NCBI GenBank assembly: GCA_964016885.1
Contig: OZ024740.1
Coordinates: 440,200,001 to 440,264,000 of the forward strand
Direction of reading: 5' to 3'
Source: Eledone cirrhosa
Taxonomy: Eukaryota
DNA length: 64,000 nucleotides
The position numbers and the translations under genes are program-made. Positions 1-15,000 of the stretch are shown here, piece after piece. Below the pieces are notes generated by a model. The model saw nothing but the letters and a program-made list of their open reading frames with translations, was not told the origin of the DNA and searched no databases. The stretch's first letter is position 1, and each line of letters opens with the position of its first letter.

Positions 1-3000
1 TTCAGTGATTATATGTAATATAGGATGGGGTTCATTTTAGTGATTATATGTAATATAGGATGGGGTTAATTTCAGTGATTATATGTAATATAGGATGGGG
101 TTAATTTCAGTGATTATATGTAATATAAGATGAGGTTAATTTCAGTGATTATATGTAATATAGGATGGGGTTAATTTCAGTGATTATATGTAATATAGCC
201 TAGGTTTAATTTCAGTGATTATATGGAATATATACTGGTGTTAATTTCAGTGATTATGTGTAGTATAGAGTGGGGTTAATTTCAGTGATTATATGTAATA
301 TAGACAGGGGTTAATTTCAGTGATTATATGTAATATAGGATGGGATTAATTTCAGTGAGTATATGTAATATAGGATGGGGTTCATTTTAGTGATTATATG
401 TAATATAGACTGGGTTTAATTTCACTGATTATATGTAATATAGACTAGGGTTAATTTCAGTGATTATATGTAATATAGACTAGGGTTAATTTCAGTGATT
501 ATATGTAATATAGACTAGGGTTAATTTCAGTGATTATATGTAATATAGACTAGGGTTAATTTCAGTGATTATATATAATATAGGATGGGGTTAATTTCTG
601 TGATTATATGTAATATAGGATGGGGTTAATTTAAGTGATTATATGTAATATAGGATGGCATTAATTTCAATGATTATATGTAATATAGGATGAGGTTAAT
701 TTCAGTGATTATATGTAATATAGGATGGGATTAATTTCAGTGATTATATGTAATATAGCCTAGGTTTAATTTCAGTGATTATATGTAATATAGACTAGGG
801 TTAATTTCACTGATTATATGTAATATAGACTGGGGTTAATTTCAATGATTATATATAATATAGGATTGGGTTAATTTCAGTGATTATATTTAATATAGGA
901 TGGGGTTAATTTCAGTGATTATATGTAATATAGACGGGGTTAATTTCAGTGATTATAAGTAATAGAGACTGGGGTTAATTTCAGTGATTATATGTAATAT
1001 AGGATGGGGTTAATTTCAGTGATTATATGTAATATAGGATGAGGTTAATTTCAGTAATTATATGTAATATAGGATGGGGTCAATTTCAGTGATTATATGT
1101 AATATAGCCTAGGTTTAATTTCGGTGATTATATGTAATATAGACTGGGGTTGATTTCAATGATTATATATAATATAGGATGGAGTTAGTTTCTGTGATTA
1201 TATGTAATATAGGATGGGGTTAATTTCAGTGATTATATGTAATATAGACTGGGGTTAATTTCAGTGATTATATGTAATATAGGATGGGGTTAATTTCAGT
1301 GATTATATGTAATATATGCTGGGGTTAATTTCAGTGATTATATGTAATATAGGATGGGGTTAATTTCAGTGAGTATATGTAATATAGGATGGGGTTAATT
1401 TCAGTGATAATATGTAATATAGCCTAGGTTTAATTTCAGTGATTATATGTAATATAGGCTGGGGTTAATTTCAATGATTATATATAATATAGGATGGGGT
1501 TAGTTTCTGTGATTATATGTAATATAGACTGGGGTTAATTTCAGTGATTATATGTAATATAGACTGGGGTTAATTTCATTGATTATATGTAATATAGGAT
1601 GGGGTTAATTTCAGTGATTATATGTAATATAGGATGGGGTTAATTTCAGTGATTATATGTAATATAGACAGGGGTTAATTTCAGTGATTATATGTAATAT
1701 AGACTGGGGTTAATTTCAGTGATTATATGGAATATAAGATGGGGTTAATTTCAGTGATTATATGTAATATAGACTGGGTTTAATTTCAGTGATTATATGT
1801 AATATAGACTGGGGTTAATTTCAGTGATTATATGTAATATAGACTGGGGTTAATTTCAGAGGATTATATGTAATATTGGATGGGGTTAATTTCAGTGATT
1901 ATATGTAATATAGACTGGGGTTAATTTCAGTGATTATATGTAATATAGGAGGGGTTAATTTCAGTGATTATATGTAATATATGCTGGGGTTAATTTCAGT
2001 GATTATATGTAATATAGGATGGGGTTAATTTCAGTGATTATATGTAATATAGGATGAGGTTAATTTCAGTGATTATATGTAGTATAGCCTAGGTTTAATT
2101 TCATTGATTATATGTAATATAGACAGGGGTTAATTTCAGTGATTATATGTAATATAGGATGGGGTTAATTTCAGTGATTATATGTAATATAGTATGGGGT
2201 TCATTTTAGTGATTATATGTGATATAGACTGGAGTTAATTTCAGTGATTATATGTAATATAGGATGGGGTTAATTTCAGTGATTATATGTAATATAAGAT
2301 GAGGTTGATTTCAGTTATTATATGTAATATAGGATGGGGTTAATTTCAGTGATTATATGGAATATAGACTAGGGTTATTTTCAGTGATTATATGTAGTAT
2401 AGACTGGGGTTAATTTCAGTGATTATATGTAATATAGACTAGGGTTAATTTCAGTGATTATATGTAATATAGACTAGGGTTAATTTCAGTGATTATATAT
2501 AATATAGGATGGGGTTAATTTCTGTGATTATATGTAATATAGGATGGGGTTAATTTAAGTGATTATATGTAATATAGGATGGGGTTAATTTCAGTGATTA
2601 TATGTAATATAGACTGGGGTTAACTTCAGTGATTATATGTTATATAGACTGGGGTTAATTTCAGTGATTATATGTTATATAGACTGGGGTTAATTTCAAT
2701 GATGATATATAATATAGACTAGGGTTAATTTCAGTGATTATATGCAATATAGGATGAGGTTAATTTCAGTGATGATATGTAATATAGGATGGGATTAATT
2801 TCAGTGATTATATGTAATATAGGATGGGGTTAATTTCACTGATTATATGTAATATAGACTGGGGTTAATTTCAATGATTATATTTAATATAGACTGGGGT
2901 TAATTTCAATGATTATATGTAATATAGCCTAGGTTTAATTTCAGTGATTATATGTAATATAGACTAGGGTTAATTTCACTGATTATATGTAATATAGACT

Positions 3001-6000
3001 GGGGTTAATTTCAATGATTATATTTAATATAGGATTGGGTTAATTTCAGTGATTATATTTAATATAGGATGGGGTTAATTTCAGTGATTATATGTAATAT
3101 AGACGGGGTTAAATTCAGTGATTATAAGTAACATAGACTGGGGTTAATTTCAGTGATTATATGTAATATAGGATGGGGTTAATTTCAGTGATTATATGTA
3201 AGATAGGATGAGGTTAATTTCAGTGATTATATGTAATATAGGATGGGGTTAATTTCAGTGATTATATGTAATATAGACTGGGGTTAATTTCAGTGATTAT
3301 ATGTAATATATAGTGTGGTTAATTTCAGTGATTATATGTTATATAGGATGGGGTTAATTTCAGTGATTATATGTAATATAGACTGGGGTTAATTTCAGTG
3401 ATTATATGTAATATATAGTGGGGTTAATTTCAGTGATTATATGTTATATAGGATGGGGTTAATTTCAGTGATTATATGTAATATAGACTGGGGTTAATTT
3501 CAGTGATTATATGTAATATAGGATGGGGTTAATTTCAGTGATTATATGTAATATATGCTGGGGTTAATTTCAGTGATTATATGTAATATAGGATGGGGTT
3601 AATTTCAGTGAATATATGTAATATAGGATGGGGTTAATTTCAGTGATAATATGTAATATAGCCTAGGTTTAATTTCAGTGATTATATGTAATATAGGCTG
3701 GGGTTAATTTCAATGATTATATATAATATAGGATGGGGTTAGTTTCTGTGATTATATGTAATATAGGATGGGGTTAATTTCAGTGATTATATGTAATATA
3801 GCATGGGGTTAATTTCAGTGATTATATGTAATATAGACTAGGGTTAATTTCAGTGATTATATGTAATATAGGCTGGGGTTAATTTCAACGATTATATATA
3901 ATATAGACTGGGGTTAATTTCAGTGATTATATGTAATATAGGATGGGGTTAATTTCAGTGATTATATGTAATATAGACTGGGGTTAATTTCAGTGATTAT
4001 ATTTAATATAGACTGGGGTTAATTTCAATGATTATATATAATATAGGATGGGGTTAATTTCCTGGATTATATGTAATATAGGATGGGTTAATTTCAGTGA
4101 TTATATGTAATATAGGATGGGGTTAATTTCAGTGATTATATGTAATATAGTCTAGGGTTAATTTCAGTGATTATATGTAATATAGACTGGGGTTAATTTC
4201 AGTGATTATATGTAATATAGGATGGGGTTAATTTCAGTGATTATATGTAATAAAGACTGGGGTTAATTTCAGTTATTACATGTAATATAGGATGGGATTA
4301 TTTTCAGTGATTATATGTAATATAGACTGGGGTTAATTTCAGTGATTATATGTAATATAGCCTAGGTTTAATTTCAGTGATTATATGTAATATAGACTAG
4401 GGTTAATTTCAATGATTATATATAATATAGGATGGGGTTAATTTCAGTGATTATATTTTATGTAGGATGGGGTTAATTTCAGTGATTATATATGAAATAA
4501 ATGGGGTTAATTTCAGTGATTATAAATAATATACACTGTGGTTAATTTCAGTGATCATATGTAATATAGACTGGGGTTAATTTCAGTGATTATATGTAAT
4601 ATAGACTAGGGTTAATTTCAGTGATTATATGTAATATAGACTGGGTTTAATTTCATTGATTATATGTAATATACACTGGGGTTAATTTCAATGATCATAT
4701 GTAATATAGACTGTGATTAATTTCAGTTATTATATGCAATATAGACTGGGGTTAATTTCAGTGATTATATGTAACATATACTGGGGTTAATTTCAGTGAT
4801 TATATGTAATATAGACTGGGGTTAATTTCAGTGATTATATGGAATATAGGATGGGGTTAATTTCAGTGATTATATTTAATATAGACTGGGTTTAATTTCA
4901 GTGATTATATGTAATATAGACTGGGGTTATTTCAGTGATTATATGTAATATAGACTGGGGTTAATTTCAGTGATTATATTTAATATAGGTTGGGGTTAAT
5001 TTCAGTGATTATATGTAATATAGATAGGGTTAATTTCAGTGATTATATGTAATATAGACTGGGGTTAATTTCAGTGATTATATGTAATATAGACTGGGGT
5101 TAATTTCAATGATTATATGTAATATAGACTGGGGTTAATTTCAGTGATTATATGTAATATAGAGGGGGGTTAATTTCAGTGATTATATGTAATATATAGT
5201 GGGGTTAATTTCAATGATTATATGTAATATAGGATGGGGTTAATTTCAGTGATTATATGTAATATAGGATGGGGTTAATTTCAGTGATTATATGTAATAT
5301 AGACTGGGTTTAATTTCAGTGATTATATGTAACATATAGTGAGGTTAATTTCAGTGATTATATGTAATATAGACTGCGGTTAATTTCAGTGATTATATGT
5401 AATATAGGATGGGGTTAATTTCAGTGATTATATGTAATATAGGATGGGGTTAAATTCCGTGATTATATGTAATATAGACTGGGGTTAATTTCAGTGATTA
5501 TATGTAATATAGGAGGGGTTAATTTCAGTGATTATACGTAATATATGCTGGGGTTAATTTCAGTGATTATATGTAATATAGGATGGGGTTAATTTCAGTG
5601 ATTATATGTAATATAAGATGAGGTTAATTTCAGTGATTATATGTAATATAGGATGGGGTTAATTTCAGTGATTATACGTAATATAGGATGGGGTTAATTT
5701 CAGTGATTATATGTAATATAGGATGGGGTTAATTTCTGTGATTATATGTAATATAGACTAGGTTTAACATCACTGATTATATGTAATATAGACTGGGGTT
5801 AAATTCAATGATTATATATAATATAGGATGGGGTTAATTTCAGTGATTATATGTAATATAGACTGGGGTTAATTTCAGTGATTATATATAATATAGGATG
5901 GGGTTAATTTCTGTGATTATATGTAATATAGACTAGGGTTAATTTCACTGATTATATGTAACATAGCCTGGGGTTAATTTCAATGATTATATGTAATATA

Positions 6001-9000
6001 GGATGGGGTTCATTTTAGTGATTATATGTAATATAGGATGGGGTTAATTTCAGTGATTATATGTAATATAGGATGGGGTTAATTTCAGTGATTATATGTA
6101 ATATAGGATGGGGTTAATTTCAGTGATTATATGTAATATAAGATGAGGTTAATTTCAGTGATTATATGTAATATAGGATGGGGTTAATTTCAGTGATTAT
6201 ATGTAATATAGCCTAGGTTTAATTTCAGTGATTATATGCAATATATACTGGTGTTAATTTCAGTGATTATATGTAGTATAGAGTGGGGTTAATTTCAGTG
6301 ATTATATGTAATATAGACAGGGGTTAATTTCAGTGATTATATGTAATATAGGATGGGGTTAATTTCAGTGATTATATGTAATATAGCCTAGGTTTAATTT
6401 CAGTGATTATATGGAATATATACTGGTGTTAATTTCAGTGATTATATGTAGTATAGAGTGGGGTTAATTTCAGTGATTATATGTAATATAGACAGGGGTT
6501 AATTTCAGTGATTATATGTAATATAGGATGGGGTTAATTTCAGTGATTATATGTAATATAGGATGGGGTTCCTTTTAGTGATTATATGTAATATAGACTG
6601 GGTTTAATTTCAGTGATTATATGTACTATAGACTAGGGTTAATTTCAGTGATTATATGTAATATAGACTAGGGTTAATTTCAGTGATTATATGTAATATA
6701 GACTAGGGTTAATTTCAGTGATTATATGTAATATAGACTAGGGTTAATTTCAGTGATTATATATAATATAGGATGGGGTTAATTTCTGTGATTATATGTA
6801 ATATAGAACGGGGTTAATTTAAGTGATTATATGTAATATAGGATGGCGTTAATTTCAATGATTATATGTAATATAGGATGAGGTTAATTTCAGTGATTAT
6901 ATGTAATATAGGATGGGATTAATTTCAGTGATTATATGTAATATAGCCTAGGTTTAATTTCAGTGATTATATGTAATATAGACTAGGGTTAATTTCACTG
7001 ATTATATGTAATATAGACTGGGGTTAATTTCAATGATTATATATAATATAGGATTGGGTTAATTTCAGTGATTATATTTAATATAGTATGGGGTTAATTT
7101 CAGTGATTATATGTAATATAGACGGGGTTAATTTCAGTGATTATAAGTAATATAGACTGGGGTTAATTTCAGTGATTATATGTAATATATAGTGGGGTTA
7201 ATTTCAGTGATTATATGTAATATAGGATGGGCTTAATTTCAGTGATTATATGTAATATAGGATGGGTTAATTTCAATGATTATATATAATATAGACTGGG
7301 GTTAATTTCAGTGGTTATATGTAATATAGACTAGGGTTAATTTCAGTGATTATATGTAATATAGACTGGGGTTAATTTCAGGGATTATATGTAATATAGA
7401 CTGGGGTTAATTTCAATGATCATATATAATATAGGATGGAGTTAGTTTCTGTGATTATATGTAATATAGAATGGGGTTAATTTCAGTGATTATATGTAAC
7501 ATAGGATGGGGTTAATTTCAGTGATTATATGTAATATAGAATGGGGTTAATTTCAGTGATTATATGTAATATAGACTAGGGTTAATTTCAGTGATTAAAT
7601 GTAATATAGGCTGGGGTTAATTTCAACGATTATATATCATATAGACAGGGGTTAATTTCAGTGATTATATGTATTATAGATGGGGTCCATTTCAGTGATT
7701 ATGAGTAATATAGACTGGGGTTAATTTCAGTGATTATATGTAATATAGAGTGAGGTTAATTTCAATGATTATATATAATATAGGATGGGGTTAATTTTTG
7801 GGATTATATGTAATATAGGATGGGTTAATTTCAGTGATTATATGTAATATAGGATGGGGTTAATTTCAGTGATTATATGTAATATAGGATGGGGTTAATT
7901 TCAGTGATTATATGTAATATATGCTGGGGTTAATTTCAGTGATTATATGTAATATAGGATGGGGTTAATTTCAGTGAGTATATGTAATATAGGATGGGGT
8001 TAATTTCAGTGATAATATGTAATATAGCCTAGGTTTAATTTCAGTGATTATATGTAATATAGGCTGGGGTTAATTTCAATGATTATATATAATATAGGAT
8101 GGGGTTAGTTTCTGTGATTATATGTAATATAGACTGGGGTTAATTTCAGTGATTATATGTAATATAGACTGGGGTTAATTTCATTGATTATATGTAATAT
8201 AGGATGGGGTTAATTTCAGTGATTATATGTAATATAGGATTGGGTTAATTTCAGTGATTATATGTAATATAGACTGGGGTTAATTTCAGTGATTATATGT
8301 AATATAGACTGGGGTTAATTTCAGTGATTATATGGAATATAAGATGGGGTTAATTTCAGTGATTATATGTAATATAGACTGGGTTTAATTTCAGTGATTA
8401 TATGTAATATAGACTGGGGTTAATTTCAGTGATTATATGTAATATAGACTGGGGTTAATTTCAGAGGATTATATGTAATATTGGATGGGGTTAATTTCAG
8501 TGATTATATGTAATATAGACTGGGGTTAATTTCAGTGATTATATGTAATATAGGAGGGGTTAATTTCAGTGATTATATGTAATATATGCTGGGGTTAATT
8601 TCAGTGATTATATGTAATATAGGATGGGGTTAATTTCAGTGATTATATGTAATATAGGATGAGGTTAATTTCAGTGATTATATGTAATATAGGATAGGGT
8701 TAATTTCAGTGATTATATGTAGTATAGCCTAGGTTTAATTTCATTGATTATATGTAATATAGACAGGGGTTAATTTCAGTGATTATATGTAATATAGGAT
8801 GGGGTTAATTTCAGTGATTATATGTAATATAGGATGGGGTTCATTTTAGTGATTATATGTGATATAGACTGGAGTTAATTTCAGTGATTATATGTAATAT
8901 AGGATGGGGTTAATTTCAGTGATTATATGTAATATAAGATGAGGTTAATTTCAGTTATTATATGTAATATAGGATGGGGTTAATTTCAGTGATTATATGT

Positions 9001-12000
9001 AATATATACTGGGGTTATTTTCAGTGATTATATGTAGTATAGACTGGGGTTAATTTCAGTGATTATATGTAATATAGACTAGGGTTAATTTCAGTGATTA
9101 TATGTAATATAGACTAGGGTTAATTTCAGTGATTATATATAATATAGGATGGGGTTAATTTCTGTGATTATATGTAATATAGGATGGGGTTAATTTAAGT
9201 GATTATATGTAATATAGGATGGGGTTAATTTCAGTGATTATATGTAATATAGACTGGGGTTAACTTCAGTGATTATATGTTATATAGACTGGGGTTAATT
9301 TCAGTGATTATATGTTATATAGACTGGGGTTAATTTCAATGATGATATATAATATAGACTAGGGTTAATTTCAGTGATTATATGCAATATAGGATGAGGT
9401 TAATTTCAGTGATGATATGTAATATAGGATGGGATTAATTTCAGTGATTATATGTAATATAGACTAGGGTTAATTTCACTGATTATATGTAATATAGACT
9501 GGGGTTAATTTCAATGATTATATATAATATAGGATTGGGTTAATTTCAGTGATTATATTTAATATAGAATGGGGTTAATTTCAGTGATTATATGTAATAT
9601 AGACGGGGTTAAATTCAGTGATTATAAGTAACATAGACTGGGGTTAATTTCAGTGATTATATGTAAGATAGGATGAGGTTAATTTCAGTGATTATATGTA
9701 ATATAGGATGGGGTTAATTTCAGTGATTATATGTAAGATAGGATGAGGTTAATTTCAGTGATTATATGTAATATAGGATGGGGTTAATTTCAGTGATTAT
9801 ATGTAAGATAGGATGAGGTTAATTTCAGTGATTATATGTAATATAGGATGGGGTTAATTTCAGTGATTATATGTAATATAGACTGGGGTTAATTTCAGTG
9901 ATTATATGTAATATATAGTGGGGTTAATTTCAGTGATTATATGTTATATAGGATGGGGTTAATTTCAGTGATTATATGTAATATAGACTGGGGTTAATTT
10001 CAGTGATTATATGTAATATAGGATGGGGTTAATTTCAGTGATTATATGTAATATATGCTGGGGTTAATTTCAGTGATTATATGTAATATAGGATGGGGTT
10101 AATTTCAGTGAATATATGTAATATAGGATGGGGTTAATTTCAGTGATAATATGTAATATAGCCTAGGTTTAATTTCAGTGATTATATGTAATATAGGCTG
10201 GGGTTAATTTCAATGATTATATATAATATAGGATGGGGTTAATTTCAGTGATTATATGTAATATAGACTAGGGTTAATTTCAGTGATTATATGTAATATA
10301 GGCTGGGGTTAATTTCAACGATTATATATAATATAGACTGGGGTTAATTTCAGTGATTATATGTTATATAGGATGGGGTTAATTTCAGTGATTATATGTA
10401 ATATAGACTGGGGTTAATTTCAGTGATTATATTTAATATAGACTGGGGTTAATTTCAATGATTATATATAATATAGGATGGGGTTAATTTCCTGGATTAT
10501 ATGTAATATAGGATGGGTTAATTTCAGTGATTATATGTAATATAGGATGGGGTTAATTTCAGTGATTATATGTAATATAGACTAGGGTTAATTTCAGTGA
10601 TTATATGTAATATAGACTGGGGTTAATTTCAGTGATTATATGTAATATAGGATGGGGTTAATTTCAGTGATTATATGTAATAAAGACTGGGGTTAATTTC
10701 AGTTATTACATGTAATATAGGATGGGATTAATTTCAGTGATTATATGTAATATAGACTGGGGTTAATTTCAGTGATTATATGTAATATAGCCTAGGTTTA
10801 ATTTCAGTGATTATATGTAATATAGACTAGGGTTAATTTCAATGATTATATATAATATAGGATGGGGTTAATTTCAGTGATTATATTTAATGTAGGATGG
10901 GGTTAATTTCAGTGATTATATATGAAATAAATGGGGTTAATTTCAGTGATTATAAATAATATACACTGTGGTTAATTTCAGTGATCATATGTAATATAGA
11001 CTGGGGTTAATTTCAGTGATTATATGTAATATAGACTAGGGTTAATTTCAGTGATTATATGTAATATAGACTGGGGTTAATTTCAGTGATTATATGTAAT
11101 ATACACTGGGGTTAATTTCAATGATCATATGTAATATAGACTGTGATTAATTTCAGTTATTATATGCAATATAGACTGGGGTTAATTTCAGTGATTATAT
11201 GTAACATATACTGGGGTTAATTTCAGTGATTATATGTAATATAGACTGGGGTTAATTTCAGTGATTATATGGAATATAGGATGGGGTTAATTTCAGTGAT
11301 TATATGTAATATAGACTGGGTTTAATTTCAGTGATTATATGTAATATAGGATGGGATTAATTTCAGTGATTATATGTAATATAGAATGGGGTTAATTTCA
11401 GTGATTATATGTAACATAGACTGGGGTTAATTTCAGTGGTTATATGTAATATAGACTAGGGTTAATTTCAGTGATTATATGTAATATAGACTGGGGTTAA
11501 TTTCAGGGATTATATGTAATATAGACTGGGGTTAATTTCAATGATCATATATAATATAGGATGGAGTTAGTTTCTGTGATTATATGTAATATAGGATGGG
11601 GTTAATTTCAGTGATTATATGTAACATAGGATGGGGTTAATTTCAGTGATTATATGTAATATAGGATGGGGTTAATTTCAGTGATTATATGTAATATAGA
11701 CTAGGGTTAATTTCAGTGATTAAATGTAATATAGGCTGGGGTTAATTTCAACGATTATATATCATATAGACAGGGGTTAATTTCAGTGATTATATGTATT
11801 ATAGATGGGGTCCATTTCAGTGATTATGAGTAATATAGACTGGGGTTAATTTCAGTGATTATATGTAATATAGAGTGAGGTTAATTTCAATGATTATATA
11901 TAATATAGGATGGGGTTAATTTTTGGGATTATATGTAATATAGGATGGGTTAATTTCAGTGATTATATGTAATATAGACTGGGGTTAATCTCAGAGGATT

Positions 12001-15000
12001 ATATGTAATATTGGATGGGGTTAATTTCAGTGATTATATGTAATATAGACTGGGGTTAATTTCAGTGATTATATGTAATATAGGAGGGGTTAATTTCAGT
12101 GATTATATGTAATATATGCTGGGGTTAATTTCAGTGATTATATGTAATATAGGATGGGGTTAATTTCAGTGATTATATGTAATATAGGATGAGGTTAATT
12201 TCAGTGATTATATGTAATATAGGATAGGGTTAATTTCAGTGATTATATGTAGTATAGCCTAGGTTTAATTTCATTGATTATATGTAATATAGACAGGGGT
12301 TAATTTCAGTGATTATATGTAATATAGGATGGGGTTAATTTCAGTGATTATATGTAATATAGGATGGGGTTCATTTTAGTGATTATATGTGATATAGACT
12401 GGAGTTAATTTCAGTGATTATATGTAATATAGGATGGGGTTAATTTCAGTGATTATATGTAATATAAGATGAGGTTAATTTCAGTTATTATATGTAATAT
12501 AGGATGGGGTTAATTTCAGTGATTATATGTAATATATACTGGGGTTATTTTCAGTGATTATATGTAGTATAGACTGGGGTTAATTTCAGTGATTATATGT
12601 AATATAGACTAGGGTTAATTTCAGTGATTATATGTAATATAGACTAGGGTTAATTTCAGTGATTATATATAATATAGGATGGGGTTAATTTCTGTGATTA
12701 TATGTAATATAGGATGGGGTTAATTTAAGTGATTATATGTAATATAGGATGGGGTTAATTTCAGTGATTATATGTAATATAGACTGGGGTTAACTTCAGT
12801 GATTATATGTTATATAGACTGGGGTTAATTTCAGTGATTATATGTTATATAGACTGGGGTTAATTTCAATGATGATATATAATATAGACTAGGGTTAATT
12901 TCAGTGATTATATGCAATATAGGATGAGGTTAATTTCAGTGATGATATGTAATATAGGATGGGATTAATTTCAGTGATTATATGTAATATAGACTAGGGT
13001 TAATTTCACTGATTATATGTAATATAGACTGGGGTTAATTTCAATGATTATATATAATATAGGATTGGGTTAATTTCAGTGATTATATTTAATATAGGAT
13101 GGGGTTAATTTCAGTGATTATATGTAATATAGACGGGGTTAAATTCAGTGATTATAAGTAACATAGACTGGGGTTAATTTCAGTGATTATATGTAAGATA
13201 GGATGAGGTTAATTTCAGTGATTATATGTAATATAGGATGGGGTTAATTTCAGTGATTATATGTAAGATAGGATGAGGTTAATTTCAGTGATTATATGTA
13301 ATATAGGATGGGGTTAATTTCAGTGATTATATGTAAGATAGGATGAGGTTAATTTCAGTGATTATATGTAATATAGGATGGGGTTAATTTCAGTGATTAT
13401 ATGTAATATAGACTGGGGTTAATTTCAGTGATTATATGTAATATATAGTGGGGTTAATTTCAGTGATTATATGTTATATAGGATGGGGTTAATTTCAGTG
13501 ATTATATGTAATATAGACTGGGGTTAATTTCAGTGATTATATGTAATATAGGATGGGGTTAATTTCAGTGATTATATGTAATATATGCTGGGGTTAATTT
13601 CAGTGATTATATGTAATATAGGATGGGGTTAATTTCAGTGAATATATGTAATATAGGATGGGGTTAATTTCAGTGATAATATGTAATATAGCCTAGGTTT
13701 AATTTCAGTGATTATATGTAATATAGGCTGGGGTTAATTTCAATGATTATATATAATATAGGATGGGGTTAATTTCAGTGATTATATGTAATATAGACTA
13801 GGGTTAATTTCAGTGATTATATGTAATATAGGCTGGGGTTAATTTCAACGATTATATATAATATAGACTGGGGTTAATTTCAGTGATTATATGTAATATA
13901 GACTGGGGTTAATTTCAGTGATTATATTTAATATAGACTGGGGTTAATTTCAATGATTATATATAATATAGGATGGGGTTAATTTCCTGGATTATATGTA
14001 ATATAGGATGGGTTAATTTCAGTGATTATATGTAATATAGGATGGGGTTAATTTCAGTGATTATATGTAATATAGACTAGGGTTAATTTCAGTGATTATA
14101 TGTAATATAGACTGGGGTTAATTTCAGTGATTATATGTAATATAGGATGGGGTTAATTTCAGTGATTATATGTAATAAAGACTGGGGTTAATTTCAGTTA
14201 TTACATGTAATATAGGATGGGATTAATTTCAGTGATTATATGTAATATAGACTGGGGTTAATTTCAGTGATTATATGTAATATAGCCTAGGTTTAATTTC
14301 AGTGATTATATGTAATATAGACTAGGGTTAATTTCAATGATTATATATAATATAGGATGGGGTTAATTTCAGTGATTATATTTAATGTAGGATGGGGTTA
14401 ATTTCAGTGATTATATATGAAATAAATGGGGTTAATTTCAGTGATTATAAATAATATACACTGTGGTTAATTTCAGTGATCATATGTAATATAGACTGGG
14501 GTTAATTTCAGTGATTATATGTAATATAGACTAGGGTTAATTTCAGTGATTATATGTAATATAGACTGGGGTTAATTTCAGTGATTATATGTAATATACA
14601 CTGGGGTTAATTTCAATGATCATATGTAATATAGACTGTGATTAATTTCAATTATTATATGCAATATAGACTGGGGTTAATTTCAGTGATTATATGTAAC
14701 ATATACTGGGGTTAATTTCAGTGATTATATGTAATATAGACTGGGGTTAATTTCAGTGATTATATGGAATATAGGATGGGGTTAATTTCAGTGATTATAT
14801 GTAATATAGACTGGGTTTAATTTCAGTGATTATATGTAATATAGGATGGGATTAATTTCAGTGATTATATGTAATATAGAATGGGGTTAATTTCAGTGAT
14901 TATATGTAACATAGACTGGGGTTAATTTCAGTGGTTATATGTAATATAGACTAGGGTTAATTTCAGTGATTATATGTAATATAGACTGGGGTTAATTTCA